Shown here piece by piece: positions 61,627 to 64,000 of a stretch of DNA of 64,000 nt. Within the stretch, counting starts at the first letter, position 1. Each line of letters opens with the position of its first letter. The stretch is from NCBI GenBank assembly GCA_963666425.2, contig OY762825.2, positions 1,440,001 to 1,504,000 of the forward strand, read 5' to 3'. The notes under the pieces were generated by a model. It made no database searches. It was not told where the DNA came from and saw only the letters and a list, made by a program, of their open reading frames with translations. Made by a program: the position numbers and the translations under genes. The stretch comes from Bacillota bacterium (GTDB lineage: Bacteria; Bacillota; JAAYKD01).

Positions 61627-63444
61627 TCACTTATGCATCACATCGTAGTCTTCCTGGTCTTTGAACTGCATTTCGTAGAGGTTCTTATAAACCCCTTCCT
61701 GCTGCAGCAGTTCAAGATGGGTACCGCTTTGCATAATCCTGCCCTTTTCCATGGTATAGATGCAATCCGCATTGCGGATGGTGGAAAGACGGTGCGCAAT
61801 GACCAAGGCCGTGCGTCCGGTCAGCAAGCGATCGAGTGCCTGCTGAATCAGCAGTTCGGTATAAGCATCGACCGAGGAAGTGGCTTCGTCCAAAATCAGA
61901 ATGGCCGGATCGGATAATAAAGTGCGGGCAAAAGAGATCAGCTGACGCTGTCCAACCGACAATCGGGAGCCGCGTTCCTGCACTTGGGTATCATACCCAT
62001 CCGGTAAGCGCATGATAAAATCATGGGCATTGACTGCTTTGGCCGCCTCGATGACTTCTTCGTTTGTAGCGTTCAGCTTGCCATAACGGATATTATCCCG
62101 TATGGTGCCGGAGAAGATAAAGGTATCCTGCAGCACAATCCCCAACTGGCTGCGCAGCGAATGCAGGGTGACATGGCGAATATCCTGGCCGTCAACCGTG
62201 ATTCGCCCGCTCTGTGGGTCATAAAAACGGCAGAGCAGGTTGATGATGGAGCTCTTGCCGGCGCCGGTTGCACCGACAAATGCCACTGTCTGGCCTTTGG
62301 AAATCGTAAAATTCACATCAAACAGAATTTGCTGCCCTTCCACATAAGAAAAATCGACGTGTTCATAGTTGACCAATCCTTGAATCGGCGGTAGTTCAAT
62401 CGCATCCGCTTCATTTTTCACATCCGGAACCTCATCGATGTACTCGAAAATACGTTCCAGAGAAACGCCGGCCGACTGAATGGTATTCAATTCATTGGAA
62501 AGGTCACGAATCGGGGTAAAGAAGCGCGTCACATACACCATAAATGCGCTGACCATACCGACCGTCATGCCGCCCAGATTTTTCACGACAAAAACGCCGC
62601 CAAAGCCGAGCACGAGTGCGATTCCCAAGGCGCCAATACATTCAACCAAGGGGAAGAAGGCGGCGTGCAGCACACCGGCGATCATATTGGCATCAAAATT
62701 CTCTTGATTGACCTGATCGAAACGCTGTGAATTTCTGTTTTCCCGCGTAAAGGACTGTGTTACCTTAATGCCGGAAATACTCTCCTGCAAATTGGCATTG
62801 ACATCCGCAATCCGCCGGCGCACCAGAAAATAAGCCTCACGCATTTTAGTTGTAAAATAGATGGTCGTGAAAATGATGATTGGTAAGGTTAAAAAGCAAA
62901 TCAAGGCCAAGCGCCAATTCATCAGCAGCATGATCACCGTGATCGTGACCAGGGTGAAAAGATCGTTGATGATATTCGTCAAACCCGAAGTGACGAGTTG
63001 ATTGAGCGCATCAATATCATTGGTCAAACGCGACATAATCCGGCCAGCCTGCCACTTATCATAGAACTTCAGGCCCAGTTCCTGGATTTGCGTAAAGAGG
63101 GTTTGCCGAATATCGAAGATGATATCCTGACCGACCTTGGACATCAAATAGGTCTGCCAATAAGTAAAGAACCAGTTGGCCGAATAAGCCAAGATATAGA
63201 CAATCACGATTTGATTGATGACGATCAAATTTTTTGCAACCATACCGTAGTCAATTGCATAACGCAGCAGGGTTGGCGCGATCAGACTGGTTGCAGAACC
63301 CAACAGCATACAGAGGATGGAAATCACCATTTTCATGGTATATGGTTTGATAAAAGAACCTAAGCGAATAAAGAGCTGCGGATCCAGTTCATTGAGGGGC
63401 TTTTTATCGTCGTCACTGTTCATTCCCATTCCACGCATTCCCAT
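61627..63444 (-). CDS. ABC exporter, fused permease/ATP-binding subunit
   Basis: TM domain, GATGAGKSS, LSVGQRQL, LDEATS, IAHRLST. Confidence 0.93.
   Translation of the reverse strand: MGMRGMGMNSDDDKKPLNELDPQLFIRLGSFIKPYTMKMVISILCMLLGSATSLIAPTLLRYAIDYGMVAKNLIVINQIVIVYILAYSANWFFTYWQTYLMSKVGQDIIFDIRQTLFTQIQELGLKFYDKWQAGRIMSRLTNDIDALNQLVTSGLTNIINDLFTLVTITVIMLLMNWRLALICFLTLPIIIFTTIYFTTKMREAYFLVRRRIADVNANLQESISGIKVTQSFTRENRNSQRFDQVNQENFDANMIAGVLHAAFFPLVECIGALGIALVLGFGGVFVVKNLGGMTVGMVSAFMVYVTRFFTPIRDLSNELNTIQSAGVSLERIFEYIDEVPDVKNEADAIELPPIQGLVNYEHVDFSYVEGQQILFDVNFTISKGQTVAFVGATGAGKSSIINLLCRFYDPQSGRITVDGQDIRHVTLHSLRSQLGIVLQDTFIFSGTIRDNIRYGKLNATNEEVIEAAKAVNAHDFIMRLPDGYDTQVQERGSRLSVGQRQLISFARTLLSDPAILILDEATSSVDAYTELLIQQALDRLLTGRTALVIAHRLSTIRNADCIYTMEKGRIMQSGTHLELLQQEGVYKNLYEMQFKDQEDYDVMHK
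61631..61674. repeat. att site within the 3' end of the ABC-transporter gene
   Basis: Direct repeat of 55854-55897. Confidence 0.92.
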
Positions 63445-64000
63445 TATGCTTCACCTCCTGATGGCAAGATCGAGGGGGCAGGCGGCATCGGCGGTTGTTC
63501 CTGCGGACGTAATTGCATTTCGTAAATTTGGTGATAAATCCCGCCGGTATCCAAAAGCAGCTCTTCATGCGAGCCTTCCTGCACGATGCGTCCTTTATCC
63601 AGGACCACGATTTTATCGGCATTGCGGATGGTAGAAAGTCGCTGGGCAATGATAAAGGTAGTAGAGTTTTCGGTTAACTTGGCAAAAGCCTGCTGAATGG
63701 CATGCTCAGTCTCCGTATCAACGCTGGAAGTTGATTCATCCAGGATTAAGACTTTCGCTTCCATCAGCAGCGCTCTGGCAATGGCCATCCGTTGTTTTTG
63801 TCCGCCGGAAAGACCAACCCCGCGTTCTCCTACCACTGTTTCATAGCCGTCTGGTAAGGTTTGAATGAATTCGTGGATTCTGGCCGCTTTGGCGGCAGAG
63901 ATAATATCCTCCAGAGTGGCGTCCGGCTTGCCATAGGCAATGTTATTGCGCAGGCTGTCATTAAAGAGGAAGGTTTCCTGCAGCACGATACCAACCTGAC
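63444..64000 (-). CDS. ABC exporter partner subunit (partial, begins beyond the right edge)
   Basis: LQETFLF, LSGGQKQR, LDESTSSVD, IAQRLST; TAATG overlap with the next gene. Confidence 0.9.
   Translation of the reverse strand, partial: QVGIVLQETFLFNDSLRNNIAYGKPDATLEDIISAAKAARIHEFIQTLPDGYETVVGERGVGLSGGQKQRMAIARALLMEAKVLILDESTSSVDTETEHAIQQAFAKLTENSTTFIIAQRLSTIRNADKIVVLDKGRIVQEGSHEELLLDTGGIYHQIYEMQLRPQEQPPMPPAPSILPSGGEA

Larger units (their letters stand above)
55854..61674. mobile_element. Collapsed (cryptic) prophage, ~5.8 kb
   Basis: att repeats, integrase relic, XRE/S24 repressor relic, holin relic, lysin-like gene, AT-rich. Confidence 0.88.

Overview
Chromosomal window from an anaerobic, probably deep-branching Bacillota (Firmicutes) genome, judged from the 16S, a T-box, csaB/tagA and desulfoferrodoxin. 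A GC-richer core runs from about 12.3 to 55.8 kb. It holds split transketolase, tagA-csaB-2xDUF5693, topB, a four-gene DUF6754-type membrane operon with two metallopeptidase genes, T-box metNIQ, D-amino-acid enzymes, a complete rrn operon (16S-Ile-Ala-23S-5S, minus strand) followed by a REP-like hairpin array, a frlBD-amidohydrolase-racemase operon and a Cys-rich metallothionein-like gene. Two AT-rich accessory regions flank this core. Left (1-12.2 kb): an overlapping four-gene operon (GHKL ATPase, UvrD-like SF1 helicase, beta-helix-like protein, and a >1117-aa DrmA-like SF2 helicase missing from the ORF track), which is the best candidate for an undescribed anti-phage system. Next to it, an AbiE-type toxin-antitoxin pair sits inside a dinD relic beside a diverged duplicate of the transketolase 3' end. 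Right (55.85-61.67 kb): a collapsed prophage between 44-bp att repeats in the 3' end of an ABC-transporter gene; its integrase, repressor and holin are decayed while AbiH and HigB/HigA-ImmA remain intact. All family assignments come from motif recognition by eye, not from database searches.
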